From the NCBI GenBank assembly GCA_010405405.1, contig MU004233.1:1315122-1379121 (forward strand): a DNA stretch of 64,000 bases, given 5' to 3'. Under the pieces are notes generated by a model. It did no database searches and was not told the origin of the DNA. It saw only the letters and a list, made by a program, of their open reading frames with translations. This stretch comes from Microthyrium microscopicum (Eukaryota). A program made the position numbers and the translations under genes. Numbering within the stretch: the stretch's first letter is position 1; each line of letters begins with the position of its first letter. Shown one piece after another: positions 22,649-38,320 of this stretch.

Positions 22649-25600
22649 TGACAGAAGGTTCGTTCCAAACCCTAGATCCGCGCTAGTCCTAATCTAGGAT
22701 CAGGAAGTAGAAACACCAAAATTTAGCCTCTATTAGCTATTATATCTTTTTGCCTTTTCTACCCTTTTTTATATATTACTTTTGCCTCTATTATAGCCTA
22801 AATTCTAGGCTCTAAAAAGATACGTTTTACGTCTTTAATAGGGTATAAATACTATAGTTATTATAGTAATTAGTTAATTAAATTCTTTAATATTTCCTTT
22901 ACTAATTCTATATTCTTTAAGCTATATAGACTATATTTTATTAGTTATAAGCTTAGTATTCTAATATACCTTTATTATTTTATTATTCTATACGTAAATC
23001 TTTTATAAACTATATTATTATAATCTCCTAAATTTTAGCTATTATTATATACTAGTTTTAGTATTAAAACTTACCTATTAAGTTATAAATTAATTTATAA
23101 TATTATTTTTAAACTTATAATTATTACTAAAGCTAGAACTACTCTCTAGAGCTATTACTTCTTTAGGTTAAGGTTAAAAAGTACTTTACTTTATCTATTT
23201 CTCTCTATAGTAACTTATATCTCTCTTTATTACTTTACTATTTATAATACCTATTTAAATTATTAAGAAGTAATAAGAGAACCTTATTACGTTATTTAAT
23301 AGTAAGAAAGAGTAAAAAATTAGTAAATTAAATTAAGAAATTGCCTAAAAAGGTAATCTTATAAACCTTAGAGATATAAATATTTTTCTATTCTCTCTTT
23401 TCTTTCTCTTTTTCTTCTCTTCTTTATTATATATTTTAAGCTTTATGCCTTTACTAGTACTCTTCTTACTATATTTAGTATTTATATAACTTTTACTATT
23501 AAGCTTTTAATATATTCTTAATCTTAATAGTTTTTTAAAAGCTATTATTCTCTTAAACTCTTAATATGCTAATAGCTTTAGTATTAGTAGTACTAGAATA
23601 TACTAATAGCCTTAGTATTTATAAAGGTAAAGTATAAGTAATACTTCTTACTACTTTTAGTTACTATCTAATCCTCTAGTCTTTAATAATTCTTTTATTA
23701 CTATTACTTCCTTAACTTTAAGGACTTAATTACTAATAGTTCTTACTTTTAAGGACTTAACTTCTTTACTAAGCTTAGTATACTAATAGCCTTAATATTA
23801 GTAGTACTAGATAATACCTTTTAACTCCTTAATAATAACTATATTACTATACTTACTACTTTCTTTCTTATAAACTTAAGCTACTAAGTAAGTCTCTTAA
23901 AGAAACTTACTATTAGTATTATATAAATTACTATTATTATTCCTTAACTTTAAGGACTTAACTTTTTTACTATTTTAGCTATAGTAGTACTAAAACCTAT
24001 ACTACTTTTAAATATACTCTAAATTTTTATAAAATATTATTAGTAATCCTACTATTATTAACTTAACCTTAGTACTTTAGTCTAGGCCTAATATACTATA
24101 ACTAAAAGGTATATTTAGTAAAAATATATAAGTATTTAATTATTTTATATTTTATTCCTAAGTAGAGTAAAAGGAGTATTTAGTAAAGATATATAAGTAT
24201 CTAATTATTCTATATTTTATTCCTAAGTAAAGAGATATAACGCTAAGCTTAAACTACTTAAAGAGGAAATCTTAGAGGCTTAGAGAGTATAAATATCTTT
24301 CCTTACTTATCCTTCTCCTTTTCTTCTTCTTTCTTTAAACTAAGGTAGTATCTCCTAAATAGAGGTATAGAGATATTAAGGTAGTATCTTCTAAATAGAG
24401 TAATAATCTGCTAGAAGTACTTATTACGAGCTTATATATACTCTTTTTAAATAAACTTAATATAAATTACTTAAATAAGTAATTTCTTAATCCTTAGAGG
24501 TATAAAATACTTTCTTTCTCTTCTTCTTTACCTCTTTTTCTTCTTCTTCTATATACTAAGATAGTTCCTCTAAATTAGAGGTATCTCTAAAATAGCTTAC
24601 TAAGCTAAAGGAATAAGCTATAGTAACTTAATATAATAGTAGTATTTCTACCTCTTAATTAGAGTAATATTAGAGATATTAGTCTTTATAGAAAGCTAGG
24701 TATTATTCTTAAGTATACTATATAAACCTTATAGAAGGATTACCTAAAATAGTAACTACTAGAGATCTCTCTATAATAGTTATATTAAAGAATAGTAATA
24801 ACTAGTATACCTAAATTAACTCTATAAAATAGTAAGTATATACTCTAAATATATAGAATTATATTAATCTAAAAAGAACTAGTTCTTCTCTAAAAGAACT
24901 AATATACCTATCTAAAATACGCCTAGTAGAACCTATTATTTCTTAAGCATCTATAGAGAACGATAAGGATTAACTTACTTAAATAGTAGAGTTAATTTCT
25001 ACTTAAAAATATAATATCTTATTATAGATATATAATTTAGACTATTAAAAGTATTAAGATACTAAAAACGCTATAGTTAAAATTAATAACTTCCTAAATA
25101 AGATAATATCTAAAAGTCTCTAAAACTATATTACTAATATCTTTAAGGCTTAAGATATACTCTAAGTACTTTAGAAAGGTATTTATCCTTCCTAAACTAG
25201 TATAATTTTAAAGCTAGATAAAGAATTTAATACTCTAAGAAAGGAGCATAAATAGTAAGAACTATAACTTTAGCTAACTTACTAAATATTCCTTTAAAGA
25301 GAAAGTTCCTTTTATAATAAAGATAAAATCTCTAAAAGATAGCTTATAGATACTTTTATAAATACTACTTAAGCTTTCTACTCTAGTACCTAAATATAGT
25401 TTACTTATTATTATATAGAAGATAAATAACTTACCCTTTTAAAGTATATTAAGAAGTATTAAATTATCTATAGTAAAGAAATTATACTAGTATTATAATT
25501 TAGTATTACTTTTACTACTACTCTTAATAAAAAGACTTAGGAAAAGATATCTTAACTTAAGAAGACTTCCTTAAATATAAATACTTATTAACTTTCTTTA

Positions 25601-28600
25601 ACATCTAAATTATAAGGTTCTTAAAAGAATAAAAAGATAGTTTCTCCTTACCTCTATAGTAAGATAAAATATTATAATAATTATTTCTATCTTTAACCTA
25701 ATAAACGTCTAAACAAATAGTATTCTAACCCTAAAGTAAAAGTAAAAATTAAGAAAAGCCTTAAGAATTCTTAGCTTAAAGTAAGAGTTAATTATATTCT
25801 TAAAATAGATTAAAATTAAGAGTATAATAATAATAACTAACTACCTAAAATAATTAAATATATAAGTATTAGAATAGTAGTTATAAAAGTTATAATATTT
25901 ATAATAGTTAAGATATCTCTTAATAGAAGGTTTATTCTTAATTCTAGAGTAGATATATATATTTATAATAATAGATCCTACTTTAAAATATATAAGAGTA
26001 TTCCTAGTTCTTTAATCTATAATAGGATCTCCTTATAAGTTATAAAATATAGTAATATAAATATTACTATTTTAAGCCCTAAAGGATACTAAATAGTTAC
26101 TCTTTATAACGTTACTTATATACTTAGCTTTTATAAGAATCTAGCTTCTTATTATAAGATAAAAGCTATAAGATATTACTAGAATAATAAAATAGACTAG
26201 ATTAGGCATATTAAAATAAGAAAGCTTCTAGCTAAGATTATCTCCTCTAATATTTACTTCCTCTTTAAAAATAATCCTTATTATATCTTCTCTATAATAT
26301 TATTACTTTCTTATACTTTTATAGCTTCTATATCTAAATAGCATTAATAGATAAGTTATATTAGTAAAGCTATAGTATCTTATATAGAATACATTACTAA
26401 AGGCGTAAAAATTACTTTAAACGTTACCTCTTCTAGAGATACTAAAAATAATAACTATTTTTATAAAATCTATATTAAAATAAAGCAGAAGAAATAAATC
26501 TCTTGTTAACTAATAGATTTAGGCTTAAAGCCTTTTAAGAAGCTTTACATTAATCTAATTTAGGTTAAAAAAGGCTATAATAATAATTACTAGATTATTT
26601 ATGCTTACTATATTATTACAAAGTTCTATCTATTAGAAATACTTCCTTAAAAGATATAAAAGAACTATATTTAATTCTTACGCTATATGCTTACTATTAT
26701 TAAGAATATAAGTTATAAAGTAAGTAATATTAAATATAAGGTCTTTTAAATCTATAAGGATTATAAAGCTATAATAGGTAAGAAGTAGAATAATAAGATC
26801 TAGCTAAATAGTATTATTAAAGAACTATTTATACCCTATACTACTTTATAAAATAGTCCTATAAAAGTATTAGGACAAATCCTAATATCTATTATAAAGG
26901 TACTAAAATAATATAGTAGCCTTCTAAATATATTATAGCTTAAACTTACTTACTTAATAGTCTATCTGCTTAATAGGATCCTAAAGAAGTAGCTAAACTA
27001 GAGAATACCCTTTAAGATAGTATTTAAATAAGTGCTAAATCTCTTATTAATTTAAATTATTAGCTTAAAAGCCTATATTTATAATCCTAACATTTTAAAG
27101 CTTAAGAAGCTTTAATCTTACTTAATTAAAGGCTAGCTAATAGGTTATACTAGAAGTAATATCTTTAGAGTCTAGATTCCTTTAAATAATTATATTATTA
27201 AAGTATAAGATATTATAATTAATAAAACTATTAAATTTAATGCTACTATGCTTACTATAATTAATAACTAATCTACTAATATACTCCTAAATATACTACT
27301 CTCTTATCTTAAAATAAACGTTAGTAGTAGTATATTTAACCTATAAGAAGCTAAATAATAGCCTAATTAAAATTAGGGAATATAGGATATTAAATAGTAA
27401 GAATAAGATAACTATTAGACTTCTAAAAATAATTCTAATTAACCTATATTTAATAACTAGCTAATAATGCTTAATCCTATACTATTACTATTATCTTAGC
27501 CTTTTTTATAATATTTAATACTTTCTATAAGTTTATTACCTATTTAAGAATATACTAAATTAAGAGAGGATACTTTAGAAGATCTTACTTCTATAATTCT
27601 ACTAGTACTATTACTAGCTATCCTAATAGCTTACCTAAAATAGTAGTATATTACTAAGTATAAATAAGAGATCTAAGCTTTTTAAAATATCTCTATATAT
27701 ACTATAAAAAGTAGTTATATCTTATAATCCTTAAGAACTACTAATCTAGTACTCTATAAACCTTACTTCCTTACCTTATTATATTATATATTCTTTATAG
27801 CTTTAGTTTAATACTACTATAAAAGAGATATACTAGAATTATTAAAAATATAGTCTAAAATAATAAAACGCTTTAATTAAGACTAGTATCTTTTAGCTAC
27901 TAGAATTAAGATTAAAATACTTTAAGAATAAGGCATATTTAAAAAGGTTTATACTCCTTAAACTAATAAGCCTATTCTACTCTTAAAGTAGGTATTCTTA
28001 GAGAAGTATAATTTAAATAGCTTCTTTCTTAAATATAAGGCTAGAATCTATATAAGAGAAGATTTATAGTATTAAAATCTAAAACTAGAGATTTATACTA
28101 TTACTAAAGCTTACTATATATTATATATAATTCTTATACTAATAGCTATATTTAATCTAGATCTTTACTAATTTAATACTATAAATACCTTCCTAAATAC
28201 TATTCTAGATAAAATAGTTCTAGTTTAATATTCTAAAGGTTTTAATATTTCTAGAAAGGTCTTACTACTTTGCTATACCCTCTATAGACTACTAAAATCT
28301 TTATTACTATAGTATTAAGATATAAGAGTTACTCTCTATATAATAAAGTTTAAGCCTATTCTAAAAGACTCCTATCTTTTTAAATACGTTTAATATCTTA
28401 TCTTCCTTTTTTATTATATTAATAACTTCTTTCTTTTCTTACTAAAAGTATATTAAGCAAAAGTAGATAAGATAAAATATAAACTTAGTACACGCTATAT
28501 TATAAGGAATTTAGGTATTCTAAAAAGCTTCCTTAATATTTAAATACTTTAAGATTAAGCTAATTAAAAGCTTTAGATCTTATAGAACTAATATATTAAT

Positions 28601-29959
28601 AAAATTAGTACTAAATTCTAGCTTAATATTATAAAAAAGACTAAATATATTATTCTTATCTTAAATTTTATTAAACTTATTCTAAATAAAGAATAAATAT
28701 CTAAAAATTAGATCTATGCCTTCTAAATATATTATAGCTTTATAATCTACCTTATAATAATATATAGGCTAGATATCTATTATATAGCCTCTTATTTAAG
28801 CTATTTTAACTAGAATTTTTCTAAGCTTTATTACTATAAGATTAAGAGAACTATTCTATATCTTTAAGTAATAAAATACTTTATGCTTAAATATTATAGA
28901 ACTACTAAAGTACCTACTACTAGTAAAGAAGTATTTCTTATAGCTTATAATACTATATTTATAAATAATTAAGAGACTTAAAGATTAACCTAAGGCTTCT
29001 TATTTAACCTATTTAAAGGACCTATTAGCTAGTAATCTTTATATTAGAAGATAGTCTTAATATCTATAATAGAAGTAAAACTTTTATCCTTCTTAAACGC
29101 TTTAAAAGAGCTAATCTTAATCTAATGCCTTTTTTTATAGCTTAAGTTTAATCCTAATATTAAAATATTAATATTAAATAATAATACCTAAATAGTAGGT
29201 ATTATAATAAAGTAGGCTTAGCTTTTATCTTCTAGATTAAAGTATATTAATATATATTAGTTTTAGCTTTATTAAGAAGTTACAAAGGACTATATCTTTA
29301 TTAAATAAGTTCCTATAAGTAAGATACTAGTAAATAGTTTAATAAAAGCTCTCTCTCTATAAGAATATAAGAAGTTTAGGAAAATACTAAATTTAGTAAA
29401 TATAGAGTACTTAGTACTAGCTTAGAAAGATTCTTTCTAGAATACTATAAATACTTCTACTACTACTATAAATTACTAAATCTTCTATGTTTTTATATAA
29501 GCTAGATTTCCTATACTAAGACTATTTAATAGTACTTTTTATTTCCTATTTTAACTAGTTTTAATATTTTAGTAGCTTAGTCTTAGAAAATCTAAAAATT
29601 AATATTCCTTTATACTTAATACTAAGTATATCTTAAGATCTATAGGTTAGAAACTTAGAAAGTATAATAGAAAGTTTATTCTAAACTCTAGATCTACGCT
29701 AGTTCTAATTTAGGATTAAGAAGTAGAAATACTAAAATTTAGCCTTTATTAGCTATTATATCTTTTTATTTTTTCTACTCCTTTTTATATATTACTTTTG
29801 TCTCTATTATAGCCTAAATTCTAAGCTCTAAGAAGACACGTTTTACGTCTTTAACGAGGTATAAATACTATAGTTATTATAGTAGTTAGTTAATTAGATT
29901 CTTCAATGTTCCCTTCACCAATTCTGCATTCCCTGAGCTGCACGGACCGTATTCCGTTA
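22649..29959 (+). mobile_element. RIP-inactivated Ty1/Copia LTR retrotransposon, 7311 bp
   Basis: 295-bp LTRs 22649-22943 and 29665-29959; TSD CTACC; PBS-like gttataagc after the 5' LTR; degenerate RT motifs KYKARI (~28030) and Y-I-N-N for YVDD (~28415). Confidence 0.93.
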
Positions 29960-30252
29960 CTACCGCACTAAGGCAGTTGCTGGCGGAGCCATTTCAGCGC
30001 TTGATTAGTACTCACTGCTCAGCAGTCATTCATTGAATCGCCGACTTCACATCGCCGACCATTCACCTTCCAGGGCTATTGCGGTTTATTTAAGCTCTCA
30101 CATATCCACCTGACAGACTATCATCATACATCTTCGCTTCTCTTCTCAAACTCTTACAAGAACAGATAAATTTCGCTATCGCCAGCATCTTCAACCCCGC
30201 ATTTCTACCACTCACAAGATCCACAGTTCAGAATCTGTGAAACCAATTCACG

Positions 30253-30550
30253 ATGTGCATGTCAGCTACTTGCGACAAGTGTCGTGAGTTTGAAGTTCAA
30301 GGGCTCCGACTTCCACTAACATAGCAAATAGAAAAGACAACATGGAGAGGATGCGGAAACCACGTGCCTGGAGTATGCAAGATGGAAGGTCCAAAATGCG
30401 AGAGCTCAACATGCTAATAGCTTACAGGTTTTTGAAAGCGTGCCCAAAGACCAGTGGTGTGAATGCGAGCCCAAGGTCACCAAAGAAGGCCACGAATACC
30501 CTCCGATGAAGAACTTCAAGATGTCTTCGCTCTGGCCGTTTGGTTCTTAG
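30253..30550 (+). CDS. 64-aa Cys-rich microprotein, 3 exons (absent from the ORF track)
   Basis: Exons 30253-30283, 30332-30372, 30428-30550 with GT-AG introns and ctaac/ctaat branch sites: MCMSATCDKCQKTTWRGCGNHVPGVFESVPKDQWCECEPKVTKEGHEYPPMKNFKMSSLWPFGS. Confidence 0.88.
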
Positions 30551-30609
30551 TGGAGAATCAAGACATGATTGGATTGAACAGGAGCAGCTATACGAAGACA
30601 TGCATACGA

Positions 30610-31140
30610 ACTGGCCCCAAAGGATTGTTGGATGAAGGAAGAGTGGCTCAGAGGCTTTTATGTGCTCCGTCTACAATACATACAAAGTAGATCCCACGAG
30701 AGATAGAAATTGATGCAGCATACCTAACTTGTCGTGCCTATCATGTGTCGTGAACGCTGAAACCACTCCGGGGGCTATGGAGCTCCAAGGCACGCGAGTC
30801 GCCTGTTTCAGGAACGCTCGACACCGCGATAGCGACAACAGGCTGGCGCGGATGACTGCAGGCCCGACTGATTGCGCTGACAGGAAGACTAAAAGAAGAG
30901 TCTGGAGAGGAGTGGGTAATGGAGTTGAAAGGGGAGCGCCAATTGCTGAAATCTGATTCGTTGTGAACGCCACAACTCCCAAGTTTCAACTTGGATCGGC
31001 TGTTGGAGCTTTTGACTGGCCTTGTTGGCTTGCTCGTGTTGCTCCCATCGACTTCGATGTCAGCCATCGCCCTTTATAATAGAACAGTGCTAGTAACCTG
31101 CCGTCGCATTTGACATTAAACTTATTCCTTGTGTATCGCT
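30610..31140 (+). pseudogene. Decayed tandem copy of the MAPK gene
   Basis: In order: LLDEG..C..STIH, PREIE..YL, NARHRD, VNA..K..G.A, AP, DIKLIPC, matching kinase subdomains of 31772-33032; stops and frameshifts present. Confidence 0.6.
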
Positions 31141-31771
31141 TTAAAAAATTGAAAATCTCAACAGGAACCACAAAGACTCCCGCTTCTTTAGATACATTTT
31201 GAGCAACCTCAAACTTGCTGCATACCAAGTGTCCGTACTCCTGACCCCGCCGTCCAACCCCCCGCCTTTTCGCTTGATCGCGACCGCAGCAGTTTGAATC
31301 TTGTTGGGAACAGGAGACTACTCTCGTCAAGTGACACAGCAGCTGTATCGCCACGCAATCGGTGTATTTTGAAAGAAGAACTGGGCTGCTGGAATCTGCG
31401 CACTACACCTTCACTCAATCCCTTTCATACAACCGCGACCGTCAACTGTCGATTGTTCATCTTGGGCAGCCACGATTGATTGTGTTTGAGAGTCAAACAA
31501 GCACTTGACACGAGAGAAGTTCAAATACCAAGCAACTGCAGCAGTAAGTGCAATTGGGAAGGTGCGACTGTGTACCGGCTACTCTACTCCATCGCGACTG
31601 CCATTCTCACTTCTCAATAATACCAATACCAGCGACAATAGCAAGCTAACTTGTATTCAGCCCACCAGTTCAATAATACCCTCACACTCGCATTTACATT
31701 TCTTCCAAATCCCTCCCCCTTCTCTACTCCTCAACTCCTTCGTTTCTCTCACCACTCCTAAACATCCAACA

Positions 31772-33032
<1,261 letters not shown>

Positions 33033-33924
33033 GAAATTATCAAACTGGCTGTCCTGGAGGTTACCATTCTAAACGCAGACGCTCACACGAATTTCTCTTT
33101 TTAGTTCTGACGAAGACCTGGCACTGGCAACCAAAGTCAAGGACCCCAAGGCACCGGATTCCAACATGATATCAAAAAGTCTCCATTGGCCTCTTCGAAG
33201 CTTCCACTCACATAACCGATATCCGGACCAATGAAGCCAAAGTTTCGACCTTTGAACTTGGGAAACCTATCAGCATACAAACAACTCAACTCGTCTTCCT
33301 ACAATGTGGTCATCACGCCAAAACCTCCGGTCCGAAAAATTACCACTCTTGCTTTCTGTTCCAATTTCCATTTCTCATATTCTTACCCTGTAGGCTTGGA
33401 TGGTTGAAGACGATGGAGGGTGTTTTTGAAAGTAGAGGTTTGAGTGGGCTTGGTGAGCAAATTTTGAGCATACCACGGACTTCTGGCTCAAGTCCTTAAT
33501 GCAGCATGTATTTTGTGTGTCTCTGTGCGAGGGTATATCATTTTACGGTAGTAAACTATTGGGCATTGTCAATTGAATATCCACTAGTTATTGACTTGGT
33601 CTCTGGTCTTTGTCTCTCTGCTGTGATACGCTTTAGCTTTGATGTGTGACTGACAATGTGTCGACAAAATACATACAATACCTCCATCAAGTGCGATGTC
33701 TATCATCTGCTATGCTTATCGCTCAACAGCTCTGCAAAGTTCGTTCTGATCGATTGCAAGTGTACATATCTTTCTTCTGATCCACCAACGCATAGCACAC
33801 ACATCACATCCTTCATGAATAAGAACAATGCATTACTACTCTATCAAAAACACCCCCAATGCTACTCTACCGCCTAACGCCGCTTCAAATGCTTCTCACG
33901 CGCTGTTATGCCACGGTCCTTTTT

Positions 33925-36103
33925 CTAAAAGTCCCAATCGCCACCAGCCTCGCCCACCAATCCAGCCTCGCCCACCAATCCAGCCTCGCCAACCAATCCA
34001 GCCTTCATCGTCTCCAACGACTTCCACCCAACGCCCTTCAACGCACCCAACTGCTCCAGATCCGTAATCAGCACTCCATCATCCGCATCACCCATCTCAA
34101 ACAGACTATTCACAATCGACTCTGCCTTCTTCGCGCCCACGCCTTTCAGCAACTTGATCTGTGCGAGATCTTTCGTGTTGATGATACGTAAGAGTTGTTG
34201 GGTACGTGGTGTAGCTGGTCCATCTTGATATACCGCGACCTTCGTACGGGCAGCTGGTTTCCGTGTCTTGGTGCGTGTAAACGAGAAGGATTCTTCAGGT
34301 TCATAGTCCGCTTGGAACTCATACTCGTCATCTTCCGGCGCCAACTGCTCCACCTGTTGTGTTTTCGAGGCCATTTTATTCTGTACATTCTGGATTTTGC
34401 GCGCAAGTTTCTCGTTGGATGGGAAGAATGGTTGGGCTAGCGTATACATTTTCAGCGCAGACGCATCTTCTCCGCGCGCCTGGTGCTGTTTTGCCATAAG
34501 GAGATATTGTAGTCCTTCCGAGTCTTCTTTCTTGGAGACACGTTCTTCGAGCGCGTTGAGGCGTTGTTGGAGATCGGAGGGGAGGGCTTGGGCGGTGGGG
34601 AGGGGGGCGGTTAGTGCTTTTTCGGCGAGTTTTTGGTCTAGACGGCGCTCGATTAGTGCTTCGATGTCTTCTTTTGACATGCCGCCTTTCGCACTATCGG
34701 AGGAGCGCGCGATCTTGGATGGCCGCGATGTGGTGTCGAAGTTTGTGGATTGGAGGGATCGTTTGGTCGAGGGTTTGGGGAGGGCGTGGGATTTGTCTTT
34801 GTAGACGCTGATTGTTTTGACGATGGGGTTGCCTTTTCGCTTGGCGGTGTTGTCGTTGATGGGTATGTTTTCGGTGGCTGTGAGTTGGCGGAGTGGTTGG
34901 CGGTTTCGTACGGGTTCGCCGATGAGGCCGAGGGAGGCGGCGGCTTTGACGGGTGGGCCTTTGAAGATGGGTTCGTTTTCGATTTCGTTGACTTCGATTT
35001 TCTTGGTGCGGTTGGCGAAGTTGAGAGATGAGAGTGTGTCTAGGTGGTATGAGCGGACTGGCGCTAAGTTTAGTATCATTACGGTGATGCCGTCGTTTTG
35101 GCCGAGGGATAGGATTCGGGTCATTTTGGATTCGCGGTAAGGAATTCGGGATTGTTTCTTGCTGATTGCTTCTACGCATTGGGCTAGGACGAAGAGTGAT
35201 TTGTTGATACTGGCGGATTCGACCATGCGGTCTTTGTTATTCTCGGTTCGGCGGTTGTCTTCTGATCCAGCTAAGTCAATAGCTGATGCTCGACTAACCA
35301 GTGTTCGATCTTCGGAGATTTGAATGATTTTTACGCAGAGGATCGCATGAGAACGAGAGGAGTGGGCGTTGAGCTGCTGTCTGTTAGTACTTGTCACGTC
35401 TATGGAGTGTAACATTGCTTACCTTTGTGGCGGAAGTGGAGCGATTCATATTCGCTTGATCGTAAAGTGCTTCAAAGTCTTTGAGAGTAGAACAAGGTCG
35501 CTCTGTAAGTCCTACTACCACGGACTTGCCTCCATTATCTCGGATTGGTAAACCAGCGAGAGTACGCTTTTCCGGAGCCTCGAAGAGATCGTATACGCGA
35601 TCATTGTAGATCTCATAATAGCTCATGGCTACTTCAACTTTCGTCGAGCTAGATGCGTCCTTTTCAATCTTTCGAGCTCTTCGATATACAGCACTTAATA
35701 GACGAGGAATAACACCACGATCTGCTAGAGTTTTCCCTCCTCGCATTGTGTGTGTCTTTCCCGTGCCTGTGACTCCATATGCGAATAGTGTGACGTCGAA
35801 TCCCTTAAAAAGGTGTTTTACGGTAGGTGCAACTGAGATAAATTGTTAGAGTTTGTCTTTTCCTATTCCTGGTGCTTCTTTAGTACCTTCGCTGTCAAAC
35901 AAATCTTGTTGTGTGGCCTCCGATCCATACACACTGTTGAATTGGAAGCTGTATTGCTCGGCATCGTTTTTGGGATTTGGTATTCTCACAACCTTTGATG
36001 GTCCTGAGGGATCAGATGCGGTTGGCGCTGTAGTAAGAATAACGTCCTTATCGAGTTCCTGGCGAAGGAGAGGGCGAATCCGGCCAACCACTTTGACAGA
36101 CAT
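33925..36103 (-). CDS. Kinesin, KIF22/Kid-like, with C-terminal helix-hairpin-helix region
   Basis: VKVVGRIRP, FAYGVTGTGKT, SYYEIYND, NAHSSRSH, DLAGSE, IPYRESKMT; HhH-like LLKGVGAKKAESIV; 2 introns. Confidence 0.92.
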
Positions 36104-36845
36104 TTTGAATTCGACTCAAATGTACTGAGTACCGAGTGCTGTTATGTTGGAGCTATGACGATGGACGGGGATAGACTGGTTTGGTGTGGTAGAATTGAGA
36201 GCCGAGTTAGTTAAGGTTAGTAAACTGAACCATTCCGGGGCAACGGCGTTGCTAGGGGTGAGCGCCACGTGAAATTCAACCTCAACAACCTCCAGATCCG
36301 GTTCCATCTTTCTCACCGCGCCATTCCATTTCCAGAAATAAAACATTCAACGATTTCGAATTCTGGCCAAGCGGAGCTTTTCATCCAGTCGCCATCATTC
36401 TGGTTCGTCCCGTCAGTTGACAGGCAGTGATGGATGGGCTTGCGTTTCAGCGTGGTGGTCGTGTCATCCAATAGGCGCTTCCCTCAGCGCGTAGCACTCC
36501 AATTCTTCAACATCTAAGAGCCACAGTGCCTAGAAGCTCCAGGTTGATTGTTCTGCGCGCATCGCTGCTGTTACTTGGACTGCGATGGGGTCTTGGTGTT
36601 CAGTGACGCTACTCCAGTTGAATCATCGGGCACAATGTTCTACCAAGACGTGAAACTGAGGCTGGTTCTGGCTGGCTGGCTTGCACAAGATATCAAAATA
36701 GAGTATTCGCGAACAAGGTAGTAATTCTCATAAGACAGAACGTACCCATGGTAGAAGTCTTGCCTCCCTTGGGCAATCTCCATCTTTTTCTCCAGCAAAC
36801 TACATTGTTTCTACTACGGTCGTTCCTTCAACTAATCTTCGTATC

Positions 36846-38133
36846 ATGCGCTTAGCACTGAAATTTCTGGTTGGAACTTCTATAGTTCAGGCTGGTCCTG
36901 TTCCCGGTCGAGACTTACGGTGGATGTAAGTCTTTGAAATCAAACTCATCGTCCTATCTGACTGTTTTCAGGGTGGCAAGGCAACTCAATGCCACTGATT
37001 CCGGCCAACAAATCCTCTCGACATCGCAATCAATATCGACTGCATCTTCCTCTGCTACTGGACAACTGAGTATTATACCTATATCGGAACCCACAAGTTC
37101 AGCAACAGCTAGTTCTGTCTCAACATCAATTCCTTCTTCATCCAACAACGCAACTCGACCAACATCCACGTCATCACCGCCGTCAAATCCTTCCAGTGGG
37201 TTACTAGGCATTCTCTTATCAAACTCGAGTACACCAACAAACTCCTCCAATTCAGCTTCAAACAGCTCAGGAGTAGTTGGAATAGTTCCAGCTGTGCCCA
37301 ATGACCCAGCCAATAGTCCGCCACTCACATCTTTTCCGTCTATCAATTCTGCCCGGCTTAGTACTTTGACAACAGCAATATCACAGCCTTCCATATTTGC
37401 CTCTGCATTTGGCTCGCTGGCCAATTCCTCCAGTCCAGCTTCCAATGGCTCTGGTATAGTTGGCATAGTCCCAGCCGTCCCTAATGACCCAGGAAATAGT
37501 CCACCTCTCACATCATTTCCATCTATAAGCTTTGCAACGACATCCATACTGTCAGCTGCAGCATCATTGTCTTCATCCATCGCTCCAGTGACGAGCAGTT
37601 TAGCTACTGCTACAGCCTTGCCGATAACCATACAAGTGGCATCGAGTACTGTACTTCTGCCTTCAACCCCGATGATACTATCAACCACTACAGTTTTACA
37701 ACCGACAACCATATTAGCAACTACTACAGTTCTGGAATCGACAACGAGCGTCCAGGCATTACCAAATGTGCTGCCAACAAGCTCTCCCATTCCCGCTGCA
37801 GGCGGTACCACTACAACGACCACTGCCTTTTCTGGAGTTATGGCAACCACATTTCCATTGATCGCCCCATCACCAACAACCACACCAGTTGCAAATACCT
37901 CGAATGCTCCTCTGATAGTGCCAAACCTATCTTCCATGGCTACAGTTGCGGCTCCAACTACCATGACAATCCCTCTTCCGGCTGCTAGTGGCTCAGGATT
38001 GCAGATTATTCCTATTGTCCCACCAAACGCAGTCGGAAGTGGGAATGGCGATGCAGTGACGATCACTGTTACTGAGACAGTGGCCCAAACGACAGAGACT
38101 GTTCTTATCATTTCCACCACCACGGTGGCTTGA
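36846..38133 (+). CDS. Secreted Ser/Thr/Pro-rich protein with an internal repeat
   Basis: Signal-like exon 36846-36925, intron 36926-36971, in frame with the 36934-38133 ORF; SG(V/I)VGIVPAVPNDP(A/G)NSPPLTSFPSI occurs twice. Confidence 0.8.
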
Positions 38134-38320
38134 ATATCAATTAGTGGTTGTAAATCAGATTTGTTCGATTAGATATACCCAGTACTTAATACTTAATATG
38201 TAGACTCCTTTTCTCATTGCCGTTTGTCCCATCGAGCACCCATTTGCCCTTCGCCATCAACCGTTTGAACCCGTGATGACCCTTCTCCTACTCTCAGCCA
38301 AATACGCATAGCACTCATCA

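Noticed and set aside
33940..34005. 18-bp tandem repeat (AGLVGE x3) at the kinesin C-terminus
   Set aside because: Ordinary in-frame slippage repeat.
36360..36760. Possible kinesin ghost upstream of the kinesin gene
   Set aside because: Only a few loose DNA similarities and no convincing peptide motif; cannot be told from chance by eye.
36954..38123. 389-aa antisense ORF
   Set aside because: Mirror of the Ser/Thr-rich gene, whose codons rarely give antisense stops; the plus strand has the signal peptide and intron.
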